DNA from: Takakia lepidozioides | Taxonomy: Eukaryota; Plantae; Bryophyta | Assembly (NCBI GenBank): GCA_030704615.1 | Contig: CM060732.1 | Span: forward strand, 21,204,001 to 21,268,000 | Length of the DNA: 64,000 nucleotides | Direction: 5' to 3' | In this document: piece by piece, positions 10,326 through 21,740 of the stretch | How positions within the stretch are numbered: the first letter of the stretch is position 1 | Layout of the letters: every line of letters starts with the position of its first letter | The notes under the pieces: generated by a model | The model's input: only the letters and a program-made list of their open reading frames with translations | Told to the model about the DNA's origin: nothing | Databases searched by the model: none | Made by a program: the position numbers and the translations under genes

Positions 10326-11895
10326 ATGGCAGCTGGAGGCGGGCAGCCGGCAGAGAGAGGCGATAGGAAGTGGTACAACACCGAAGGCGGTATGTGTGCT
10401 CACTTGTGTCTTGATCTTCATTACCTCATCCTCGCGCGCTTTTCATTGCCGTGTAAGAAATCTCTGTCTCTCTGGGAAAACCTGCAACGGGAGGACCGCC
10501 TATGTCCAGCTTGCATAGGGCGCAGCAAGGAAATTGAAACTGAAGAACACTTCTTCTTCTACTGCCCTCTATACTACGAGATCCGTGGGAGATTTCACTG
10601 TTTATTCAGTGGAACCCAAACTCTCACTGATGTCTTTCACTATGAGGATCAAAAATGCGTGGCAGCCCACCTACACGAGGCATTCACCCTTAGACAATCG
10701 CTAGAACATTAATTGTGGTTTCTGGATTTGTTCCTCTCTCATGTTTTCTTCCATTTTGTCCCATAAGCTCTACGAGCTTTCCGCGGACGTTATAAAGCAC
10801 CATTTCATTTCTCTGTCTCTCTGTCTCTCTTCGTCAATGGGGTGTGCCTTTTGTAGAATGGGAGCTGGTGACCGACGAGGGTTTTATCTTCAAGCGTCGC
10901 AAGCGGGAGGTCTGTGCCAGGCCTCAGACGAATGCCGCTGAAGAACAACACCCCAGAGCGACTGACAAACCTGTGCCGAATCAGGCTGTGGAACGGCACA
11001 AAAAGAAGAAGATGCTTTTAGCTGCAAAAGCACTGTAAGCCGCCTTGTACGAGCCCTCACGCACTCTGGTCTTCGACATTGTCGCATTCAAGGGATTCTT
11101 CATGTGAAGCTGCGGAGTTGTAAGTGTACAGAGGGAGAGAGACGTATGACTAAATGAGTGGATGCAGGTATGCAGCAGAATTGCAGGCATGGGAAAAGTT
11201 GGCAGCAGCTGCTGCACCGCCCCCTTTGCCGGCCCTGCCATCTGCTAGCCCAAGTTGTTCACCAACCAAGGAAGACAGCTCTCATGATGAAATGCTTGAC
11301 CAGCTGTCCATCGAGGTTAGACTCTTATTCAGAAACTTCTTGCTGTATGGTTTACGGTGGATGTGGACCCATAGGATCAACCTTAGGAGGCACACCTCAA
11401 AACTTCAGGTCATATGCAATCCTAAACATAACTTCCAGCAATTAGCATGACACGGGAAGTCTGTGGACTGATTTTGAATAGTACCACATGCTGAGAGGTC
11501 TGGGCAGAGGTTTCTTTCACCCCTAATACACAAGGCTTATTCAGTGGGTAGGACTGCTGGTTGAAACTCAGTGGAGTTCTAGAGGGTCAAAAAGATCTGG
11601 ATCTCTCCAGCATCAGGCTATGAGAAGCATTCGCTCACTGAATGATCACTGATAGCCAGTTCTTTGGCTCATAACTGTGAAGGTGACTGAGATGGAGATA
11701 TACATACGGAAGTTACAGGACATTTGTGATCAAGGGGAGGCCACATACAAGATGCTTGTAAAGGACTTGAAGGAGGAAGTCCAAACAGGGCCTGCTGAGA
11801 AGTTCATCCATGCCCTAACTGATCCAATACCTGCAGTACCAAAGATGACACCGCCACTCTCATCTACTCCTCTACCTGAATCTTCCTCTGGATAG
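10326..11895 (+). CDS. Small plant protein, putative kinetochore MIS12-complex subunit Dsn1-like; 4 exons (10326-10389, 10857-11034, 11168-11315, 11683-11895), 200 aa
   Basis: GT-AG junctions give a continuous frame. Motif EWELVTDEGFIFKRRKR, then Y-x-x-E-L-x-x-WE and a coiled-coil LDQLSIEVTEMEIYIRKLQDIC. The family assignment is from recall. Confidence 0.7.
10475..10810 (+). mobile_element. 5'-truncated LINE (3' end only) in intron 1 of the Dsn1-like gene
   Basis: REDRLCPAC..ETEEHFFFYCPLY zinc knuckle and a CATTT-repeat tail. Flanked by the 13-bp direct repeat CTCTGTCTCTCTG (10462-10474, 10811-10823). Closely similar to 14310-14654. Confidence 0.85.
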
Positions 11896-11936
11896 TGTTG
11901 TTGGTAACTAGTGTACATTTACTTTTCTAGTCATTG

Positions 11937-12205
11937 TCTGATTCTTTATCTGGTAGAAGAAGATTCATAGGTTCAGGGTAAAGTAGAATTAAGGTCCCCC
12001 TGCAGTGTGCATCTGGACTACTTTGGAAGGTATGGGCAGGAAACCTTCGAGAGCACAGTGAATGAGGCTTTTCTGATCCTTTATCTGGTAGAAGAAGATT
12101 CATAGGTTCAGGGTAAAGTAGAATTAAGGTCCCCCCTGCAATGTGCTACCTTGGAAGGTATGGGCAGGAAACCTTCGAGAGCACAGTGAATGAGGCTTTT
12201 CTGAT
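11937..12205 (+). repeat. Tandem duplication, ~134-bp unit x2
   Basis: TCTGAT(T/C)CTTTATCTGGTAGAAGAAGATTCATAGG...GAATGAGGCTTTTCTGAT occurs twice. Confidence 0.9.
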
Positions 12206-12959
12206 GTGTTCATATCAACACCTCTAACCTAGTGGATTGTGCTCTTTTGTATTCTAGTTTTTGGAGGGAGGTCCCTCTCTTTGAGACGAGAAGAAATAGA
12301 CAACCTGTAAGTTAGCCAACACTTTGAAATCAAGCAGTATGAAAGCTTTCACCGCATTAGTTACTGTACAGATTATAAGACACAGCAAACAAAACTAGGG
12401 GAACAGAGGAAGGAAACTAGATTGATCTAGAGCCACTAGATCCAGTCTGAAACAGTCTTCTTGTTGAGTTAGGTCTTGCAAGAAGATTTGGCATATCATT
12501 CGGGAGTGAAGAAGGTCCTGATCATTGATGGAAAGCTTCAGTGCAAGTGCCTAGGGGATCTTCAAGCATGGATAATGTGGTTATTCATTTTATTTGCATC
12601 GTCCTATGTGAAATCTCAAATGAATGTATTGGGTAGATGGATGGAAATTTGAGCACTTACTCTCTGGGATTCTGTTCTGTTTTTTGAAGCTTGAATTTTG
12701 AAGAGTCTTTGGATTTGCAGATTCACTTGGAATGTATGGGTCTGTCCGAATTGGCAATGCTCTGTGGTCTGGCCGAATGATCTTTGCTTGATCATGTACA
12801 GAGGCTACGCGGAAGACCGACAGCAGCCAAATGAACACAATTGGTTCTTTTTTCACTACACTAGTGGTATGCATAACCATTTACATATCATAGCAGTGGT
12901 ATGTGTTCCTCGTCCTATTCCTAATCACTTACACACCAGTGTACTAGTGATATATGTAA

Positions 12960-14654
12960 GACTACAAGCTGGTGTCCGTCGCAACAGATCCACTCTTGAC
13001 TCCTTTTAACTCTTTAGCTGGTTATGGTAGAATGTGCAAGCTATGACAAAAGCCTGGTATATGTTTGCTTCGATGCGGTTCCTCGGGACCTTCTTTTCCG
13101 ACGGCTCCATAGGATGGGAGTCCCTCATGACATCCTATATGCCATCTCTTCCATGTATGAGATTGTCACTGGCATGGTCAACTTTGCGGGGGAATTCTCA
13201 GCAGAGGTTCATAGCAACATTGGGGTCCCCTCTCACCTACCCTTTTCGAGATCTACATTGACGTCCGAGAGGTTTACATCTCAAAAAACTATGGAGATGG
13301 GGTGCAGATCTCCTCTACGTTGATGATGTTGCCCTTTTGGCACAATCTCCTGTCTTCGTGCAATGTCATCTCCACATCCTGGAACAGTTCTCCAAAGATT
13401 ATGGGTTGATTATGGTCAAGCTTAGCAAAACCAAGATCATGGTTCTCAATGGCCAGGCTGACCGCAGATTCATCTTTAACAATCAGGAAATTGAGATAGT
13501 GAAATCATACCGGTATCTGGGTTTGATTATCACTCCCCCAACTTCCAATTTACAGCAATTGCCCTAGACAGATTGGTAAGGCGGCCTCCATCCGCCTTCA
13601 GGCCAAATGCAAACAGATACATCTGCACCTCCAACCAAAAAGTGGCTATTTGACAACGTTGTTACCCTGGCTACTACTTATGGTTGTGAATTCTTGGCAC
13701 ATGGTGTCCCAGTTTCCTGGTGGGAAAGAATCTGGAACCATTGCAGTCATCTTTTCTCCAAATAATGCTTGGCGCCAGAAGCACAACTCCATCTCACATC
13801 CTAGGTGCAGGGTTCGCATGCGTGCCACTACAAACCGAGGCCCTCTTTCGGCTTACAAGTTTTCTTCATAGGTTACAAGCTGCCCTTTCACCCAAGGGGC
13901 TTGTGGCAAGAGCCCTCACAACATCTATTAGGCTCAAATCTGCAGGTTTCAAGCACTCATGGTATGCTCGAGTGGACAGTTTTTTGAACGCAATGGACTC
14001 TCTATTGCTTCACTACTACCCGTGAATGCAGAAGGAGTGGACACATCACATCCAAAAAGGACCGCAACAGACTCATTAGAAAGGAGCTTATGGAACTACA
14101 TGTCAGGAGAACTTGGAAGCTACCCAATCTCACGACAAAGCTCAATTTCAATCGAGAGACATTCTTGGTTCTCTGAGATGATAAAATCTTGCGGCCCAAT
14201 CACCTTTCCGCATCTTTATCTCCTTCCCTCATAAGGGCATTGGGGCGGTTCAGGGTGGGCTTCAACAACCTACGAATAGAGACTGGCAGATGGGAAGCCT
14301 ACAACGGGAGGCCTACAACGGGAGGACCGGTCTTCCCTATGTCCAGCTTGCAGAGGGTGCAACCGGGAAACTGAAACTGAAGAACACTTCTACCTATTGC
14401 CCTCTATACTACGAGATCCGTGGGAGATTCCACCGCCTATTTCACGGAATCTAATCTCTCACTGAAGTCTTCCACTGTGAAGATCAGAAATGCTTGGCAG
14501 CTTACCTGCACGTGGCCTTCACCCTTAGACAATCACTCAAAACAGTTTTTCAAATTTAGGCTCTAGTTTTGTTTTCCTCTCTCATGTTTTCTTCCATTTT
14601 GTCCCATAAGCTCTATGAGCTTTCCACGAATGTTATAAAGCACGATTTCATTTA
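12960..14654 (+). mobile_element. Non-LTR retrotransposon (LINE) RT and C-terminal region, degenerate
   Basis: FDAVPRDLLFRRL, SNIGV, (Y)VDDVALL, KTKIMV, YRYLG, RFRVGFNNLRIETGRW, ETEEHF..CPLY; ends in a CATTT-like tail. Confidence 0.85.
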
Positions 14655-15026
14655 GTTTCCGTGACATAATTTGAAATAGTCTCTGGACTTGTTACTGCAT
14701 ATTCATATTTCCAAGTTGATGTCATATTTGGGATATATTTACTTTCATACAAGTATTATACCTCACAATTGGTCCATTTGGTTGTCTTGTGGACTTCATG
14801 TCTCTGATCTGATCAACCCTCGGGCCTCCCAAAACTAACGTAGCACTGGCAGAAGGTATGTGTTGGTCACTCAGTTCATACATGTTGACCCCTCTCCAGG
14901 GCCAAAAAGATTAGAAATGATCCTCTACCCCATCTCGAGTTGAAGATAAAGATAAAGTTTCTTTAACGTCCAGTGAATTTACAGAGGGCCCAATGGACGG
15001 TTTGAAGGCACATGTTGAAGGATTGA

Positions 15027-15117
15027 ACCCTGGATTGACACTTGGGCCAATCCCAAATGTCAATATGTAAAAGCTAGCTATTTCCTAGCTAGTTTCACAC
15101 TAGTGGTAAAATAACTT
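15027..15117 (-). repeat. Inverted fragment of the Ty3 LTR (matches 3019-3106)
   Basis: CCCTGGATTGACACTTGGGCCAATCCCAAATGTCAATATGTAAAA...CTAGTTTCACACTAGTGGTAAAATAACTT is the near reverse complement of 3019-3106. Confidence 0.85.
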
Positions 15118-16194
15118 GACATATTCAATTTGTAAATGTCGGGATTGAAGGCAGCTTCCGCAATGCACAGGCAAGGCACAAACACCCAACCACTGTGCTA
15201 CCTGCTCAAGAGAAATTCAAGTCAAGGAAGTCAAAACGGATGCTTTCACAAATTGGAGTGTGTCTCCCTCAAGACAGAGAACAGAAAACCTTATTGAGAG
15301 AGGAGCAAACAACACAACGCCAAAAAGGGAGAAGGGCACAAGATATAGAGAGAAAACTTGGGCCTTTGAGATGCATTTTAGAATGGAAGTCGCCAGAACA
15401 TGGTTGTGGATAACTAGGATGGCACGCAAGTCCCTTGCAACCTGCAATGGAGGTCAGCGCTGTATTGCAACATTGTGGCAGACTGTCATTGTGCCCCATG
15501 CACTCTCGCTCATAGCAGGCCAGAAAAAAGGACGACTTCCATGTGTGTGAAGAATCTGCAGCCTTTCAGTCATCAATTAGCTGGGTGTGTCCCTCTTCAC
15601 CCATGAAACATCTACACTCATGTTTCATACATCTTCTAACTACGAAGACGCATGTCAGCTGTGGGGAAGGCTGCAGTACATTTACAAATGAGAGTCTAGC
15701 TTACAACAACAAGCTTTTAAGTCCCTCTACTCTATTAAGTGGACTGTGATCAGACCACTGCCAGCTCACCCCTATGATGGTGGTAAAACACCTCCAGAGG
15801 ATCATAGCTTCAATACAAGTGTACAAAGCGAGTGGTCTCAGTAAACTGCACCAATCTTCCCGCCCCACCCCCCCCTCCTGCCCCTCCCACACACACACAC
15901 AACCGGTCACCAACTAAACCCCCTCCTCCTTCAGAAATTGTCGATCTCCAATGTACAGTAGATCCAAAAATTTGATCTCCAATCTGTTCCCTGGGTTATG
16001 GACCCTTCGACCACCTTGCCAACCGGTGAGGCCTAGTGAAAATAGAGTGCCAGGGCAAGACAACAAGAACTTCAGACACCAGTACTGTCCAGATCCCACA
16101 TGGCGGCCAGAAGGGTAAGACGTCAGGGAGTTGTGGGCATAGGCCCTAATGAAGAGCACCTGACCAACCAAAGTGATTTGATTGCACTCTGCTC

Positions 16195-19100
16195 CTACCA
16201 GGGCCCTGTTAGGGTGCGCCTAAGACCATTCCGACAAGCCAATGGTTTAGGCATATGAACCATAGACTCGCAGTTCTGCAGATGAAACACAACGATCAAT
16301 CAGAAATCTAATTATCAGAAACTGAAAACAGATTCAAGAGTCCACTACAAAAGCAGCTTTCAGTTGGATTCCATAGCTTTACAAGACCTCGTAAGGTCCA
16401 AGACCAAGACGTGGTCGGGAGCAGTGAAATAACAACATCCTCTGACAGCATTCTAAAAAATCCCAAGAATGAGAAGGTAGCGACATTACTTCTACCAGAA
16501 GCCCACTAACTTCTGGACAGATTCTGGGAGGCGGGAACAGTATCTACAGTGTTTTTAGTACAGCAATCTACAACACTAGGAAGATCACATTTACGACTCG
16601 GAACAAAACCAACACATTCATCTTGCGAGGTGAAATGAACCAAAAAAAGGACGTTGGTTAGACAGTTCATTGTAAGCATACCCGTTTCTTCCTCCGTTCC
16701 ATGTCTTCCTCCTGTTGCAAAGATACCACAATCATCCCAAAGATACATCAGCATCTGCACATACACCTCTCTCTATCTCTAGGGCACCTGTGGATTATGC
16801 AAAAACTCTCCTCTCTTTGTCTTAGCTTCCTGTGGACATTAAATATCTTCTCTCTCTCTCCCTCTTAGCTACAAGGTAGTCCATCAAGCTGTAATTTCTG
16901 CAGATGGACGCAGTATGACCACCAAGTACAAGTCATACAGTAAAGTGTCATCTCTTTTTCCTCCCATCCCAAGTGAGCTAGGCCAAGAGAGATGAAAAGT
17001 GTAAAAATGCATAAAAACCCAAGCCACACAAAGGCATACAACAGCTCTTAAAATTCAGATTTTCCTACCGTTGCACTCATTGTCATACAACAAGAGGAGG
17101 ACCCAACCTACGATTGTTGGATCTCACAAACCCAAAGCAATTTAAGCCCCTAAAAGAGAGAAATCCTATCTGCTTGGTAAGATTCATCAACCACTTCAAT
17201 GATTCTACACCTCACGCTGGACCAACACCTGCATGACAGCAATCACTGGCAGTATTTCTGTCTGGCCAATGCACTACCCTCCTCAGAAAATTAGGCTCTG
17301 TTGACAGTTCTTCCACCACTTCTAGATCGAGCAGCCTATAGACACTGCACATGCATAATCCACCTCAAGCCAGTCGTCCCTTGACTGGCAAACAATCAAC
17401 ACATGCAAGACTCCCCACGACCAAAACAAAATCCATGGATGCGAGACATACATCGCCTGTGCATTGAAGACATGATAGCAAGCTTCTACACAGTACAATC
17501 CCCACTAATTCTTTTCTAAAGGATGGAGGAGGTTGAGATTTGCTTGCTAGCAAACAGCAGCATACGTACAGTTTTTCTGGTAGATACCTGCTGCTTCCTT
17601 AGCTTCGTGTTCTCCTCCTTCAATTGTGTAACTTCTGCTTCTAACTCCACTGTGTAAGCCTAGACACCACAGAACAAGCCCACAAATCACATTACACTCC
17701 ATTTCCTGTCTGTGAGGGTATAACATGCAAGGCGTCTGAGCATAAGCAGTTCAGCGAAGTTCACATTTATGCTCATGCTCATAAGCATATGATCTCGCAT
17801 CACAACTTGGATACGTGACCACCCAACCCTGCTAGGCAGAAATGGTTCAGGAGATACAGTGGAGGTGGATTGCAATTTAAGGTCAGGGGCGTCTTTACTA
17901 TCCAAATCGCATTTCCCCAGCCCTTGCCTCAAGCAATCTAACTTTCCGGTGAAGAGCAAGCAAGCCTACTTCAGGAATCAGTCTGCCCGGTAGCTAAAAG
18001 AGATTACATGTGCTGTCTGCTTGCTTGTTCGAATATATGCAAGCAAATCTACGAAAACTGCAACATAGATTGCACCAGCTCCCACCCGCACGCACATACC
18101 CACATAACGTAGATCTTCACAGTACCTGCTTTCGAGCACGTGAGCGGGCAGCTGACTCTCTATTCTTGATCATGCGACGCTGCCGTCTCTCCACCACTTT
18201 CTCCACTGGACCATCAGCGCCCCTTTTCCTCCCTCGCAGTGCTCCTTCCATCCCATAGTTCGCCGGGGAGAGAGTATGACCGTTGCCATTGCTGTCTGAG
18301 AAAGGACTTTGCGGGGACACCGGAGCGAGGCCCATACCTCCGTTTAGACCGGCCCCCAGGCCTGCAGCAGCTAGTTCACCACCCATCCCACCCGCCATGG
18401 CTTGCCCCATTCCCATGCCTGGTATGCCTCCCCTGGGTCCAGGACCATTCTGAACTCTCTTAGCTGCGGCGTTGGCAAAAGCATCTGCTTGTTGTTGATA
18501 TATTTGTTGCTGCTGGTGTTGTTGCGCCAAGCTTCTCATCCACTCGGCCTGTGAATTCGCGGGACAGATGCAGATGAGTCAGGGACACAGTGAAAAATGA
18601 TGCACGGAAATTTCTACTTAGTCCTCGGACATAATTTTTCTCGTGTCTTGGCTTTCGCCCATCAACATGCGAGCTGTGCCAGAAGCACGAGACCAAAGTT
18701 CAATCTAACCAAGAAAAACAGTAGAGCACTCAGAATCCCACGCAAGCATGAAAACACAATCACCTGCTGCTGAGAAGCTGCTTGATTCTTGTAGGCATCC
18801 AGTTGCATAGCATCAATACTGGCCTGGCTGGGCAGAGCATTGGCAGGAGAGAGTGAAAGAGTGGGGACAAGGGCGCCAGCCCTGTCCCCTGCTCCCTGCA
18901 TTTCTCTTCCCCTGTCTCCCAGTCCAGCTCCAAATGACCCAAAAGCTAGACTCGCGATCTCCACATCCTCTCTCACAACCCCCGCCTTCACCAGGAAATC
19001 TTCAAGAGTCATCTCTGCGAAGGTCGCCTGCCGCTGCTGCTGGCCAGTGCCAGGGCTGGCTCCCCCACCATTCTCAAGGTTTCCCTGTTGGATATCTTTC

Positions 19101-19483
19101 CAAACATCATCCACAGTTTTCCCACCGAGAGCACTCATAGTCCGTGGAAGAACGAGAGAGCCTTGTCTTTGCAGACTAGGCTGTCGGTTAATTCCAATAG
19201 CACCACTTGCCGCATCTCCGATGGCCTCTGCCATTGCTTGGCTCTCTTCAGCTGTCCAGATGTTCTTGAGAAACTCATCCATATTCATAGAACCGAAGTT
19301 CTTGCCAGGATCACTTCCCCCCATTGCATTCTGGAACTCGTCCAGAGTGAGAGAGTAGATAGATGCCTGTCTTGTGAGTGAGGGGAACCGGAGGCCTCCG
19401 CTTGCAAGAGTGGAGGGCACCATCCCATTGCTGGCGAGCGGCCGGGCAGGCGCTTGCTGTTGCATCTGTGGTTCCGATCCCAT
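16195..19483 (-). CDS. ABI5: Group-A bZIP transcription factor ABI5/ABF-like; exons 19483-18764, 18548-18126, 17659-17588, 16711-16682, 16275-16195 (441 aa)
   Basis: C1 LTRQASIYSLTLDEFQ/FGSMNMDEFLKNIWTAEE, C2 LQRQGSL/KTVDDVWKDI, C3 RQATFAEMTLEDFLVKAGVV, bZIP ERRQRRMIKNRESAARSRARKQAYTVELE, C4 LRRTLTGPW. All junctions are GT-AG and in frame. Confidence 0.95.
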
Positions 19484-20684
19484 TGGTTCTGGCCAGGAAG
19501 CTTGATGGCTAGTGTTTTCAGAAACTTGTTGGGTGGTATTTTCAGAGGCTAGCCTGCGTGCTGCCCGATCGCGGGCCCGACTACGGGCGTCTGGACCCGC
19601 CAGTGTTGTAGACTGTTGGAGAGCGAGGGCTCACAATGCCGCTGCCTCAATTGGTCAGCCGATTCTGCTCTGCAGCGCTAGAGACCGACTGCGGAGAGGT
19701 TCGTCAGATGGAATCACAGACAAATTGCATCATGAAGGAAAGAGATGCGAAAACACTATCGACTCTTTCCCAACTATCGACTTTTGGAGGTCGAGTAAGG
19801 AACCAAAAGCAAAGTAAGGGAAGACGAGGTATGCCGATATGGGAATTTTCGTATATCGCGAGCTGGAAAGGGTGCATGTAATGGTTTGCTTCTACCGGTG
19901 AAAGTAAACTCTGGAATAGCTCTGTGATTGTAAAGGCCTCGTTGTGTGCGTGAGTGAGAAGACAATGACAGAGTTCCTAGGCAGACGACTTCATCTCATT
20001 TGCTGCAAGCCGAGGAAGAAAGAACCAGAGGAACTAGAGAAAATTTGGAGACAACCTCTGCAGGCTCACAAAGCTACCCCAAGCCCGTAACCTGCCTACA
20101 CACAAGGAAGTTTTAAGAAAAACCCAGAAGAAACAAGGAGCAGTCGGAAGAAAGCCCCGCCTGGGAGGGACGGCCCTCCCCGCCTCAACTCTGGTCTTGG
20201 CGAGAGCAGGTAAGTATAGTGTGGAGGAAAAGCGCAAGCTTGTCCCGGCACAGCCCGAGAGTGCGAGCGAGAGACAGAGAGACAAGAGACTGATTCGGTG
20301 TCGCGCTCCCTCGCGGACACCTTGCCTTTGTTGCCTCTCCGGCCCTGCGCTTTACCACGGATGAATGTGTACTGTACCATGCGCGACGAATGTCGTTCCA
20401 ATATCCTTAGATGCGTGGATGATGATTGCGTACGCTCGATGAATGCATTATGAAATGGATCGCTTCATCCACACGTCACCTCCATTCCGTACCCACATCG
20501 ACGGAAAGTATGTCGCGCCACCACTTTACATCCATGGATGGATGCTTTTCCTCCCGGGCCCCAACTGCCAAGGATTTATAATAGAGGTCCAACGACCAAT
20601 GAGAAGGCCGAATCAAAGGATTTTGACCTTCAATAAATATCCATAACGACTCCGAATAGGACAACGAAAGAGTCATTCGAAAGA

Positions 20685-20955
20685 AACCACGTGTTTCAAA
20701 GCCGGATGAACTTCCATGTGTCCATCCATTAGAGCCTTCCTGAAACGGCCCGGACTCTCCGGTTGCCGTTCCACTACTGGCGACCCGACGAACAGACCCG
20801 AACTTTTTTCATACATCCGCGTTCATCTGAACCAAATCCTGACCGAAATGGAGACGGGTAGAGCGGCGACACGTGGTGTCGTCTTTAAAGCTAAATAGCC
20901 GCCACGCGTCTACGATCATTGCGTGGCCGAATGGGAACAGTGTCACGTGGCATGC
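20685..20955. promoter_or_regulatory. ABRE/G-box cluster upstream of the ABI5-like gene
   Basis: CACGTG at 20688, GACACGTGG at 20868, CE3-like GCCACGCGTC at ~20900, CACGTGGC at 20944. Confidence 0.5.
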
Positions 20956-21177
20956 GCTGCTCGCTCTCCGCTCCTGCACACGATGGTGAGGTCTCACGAA
21001 TCTCACTCTATACCGTTGGATAGACATCCGACGTCATCCGACGGTGGATAGCGGCGGTGAGATGCTGTGGCTTGCATTTCCGAAAAAAGTGCCGTGCGCA
21101 TACCTTTTTTTACCTGCCTTGCGTGGCGGCCTGTCACGCGCTGCCACGCGCCCGACTTTCTCGAACGTTGACGAAGT

Positions 21178-21740
21178 ACGTGGATGAATTAATAGCGGCG
21201 TGGATGATTAATCTTGATGAATGAATGACTAATTGTGTGGATTGATTGTCTGGATGGATGACTGAATAGCGGCGGGGATGATCTTCTGGATGGCTGAATG
21301 AAGGGAGGCGTGGATAGATTGTCTGGATGGATGAATAAATAGCGACCTGGACTGATTGTCTTGATGGATGAATGAGTAACGGCGTGGATTGATTGTCTGG
21401 ATGGACGAACAAATAGCGGCGTAGATGATTCTGTGGATGAATGGATGAATAGCGGCGTGGATTCATTGTATGGATGGATGCATGCAAAACGGCCTGGACG
21501 GATTGTCTGGATGGATGCATGGATAGCGGCGTGGATTCATTGTATGGATGGATGCATGCAAAACGGCCTGGACGGATTGTCTGGATGGATGCATGGATAG
21601 CGGCGTGGATTGATTGTCTGGATGGATGCATGGATAGCGGCGTGGATTCATTGTATGGATGGATGCATGCAAAACGGCCTGGACGGATTGTCTGGATGGA
21701 TGCATGGATAGCGGCGTGGATTGATTGTCTGGATGGATGT
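21178..21740. repeat. TGGA-rich minisatellite, ~37-bp monomer with a 74-bp dimeric higher-order repeat
   Basis: GCGGCGTGGATTCATTGTATGGATGGATGCATGCAAAACGGCCTGGACGGATTGTCTGGATGGATGCATGGATA occurs three times, with more diverged monomers to the left. Confidence 0.92.

Noticed and set aside
18840-19381. Plus-strand ORFs of 95-172 aa
   Set aside because: Antisense shadows of ABI5 exon 1.
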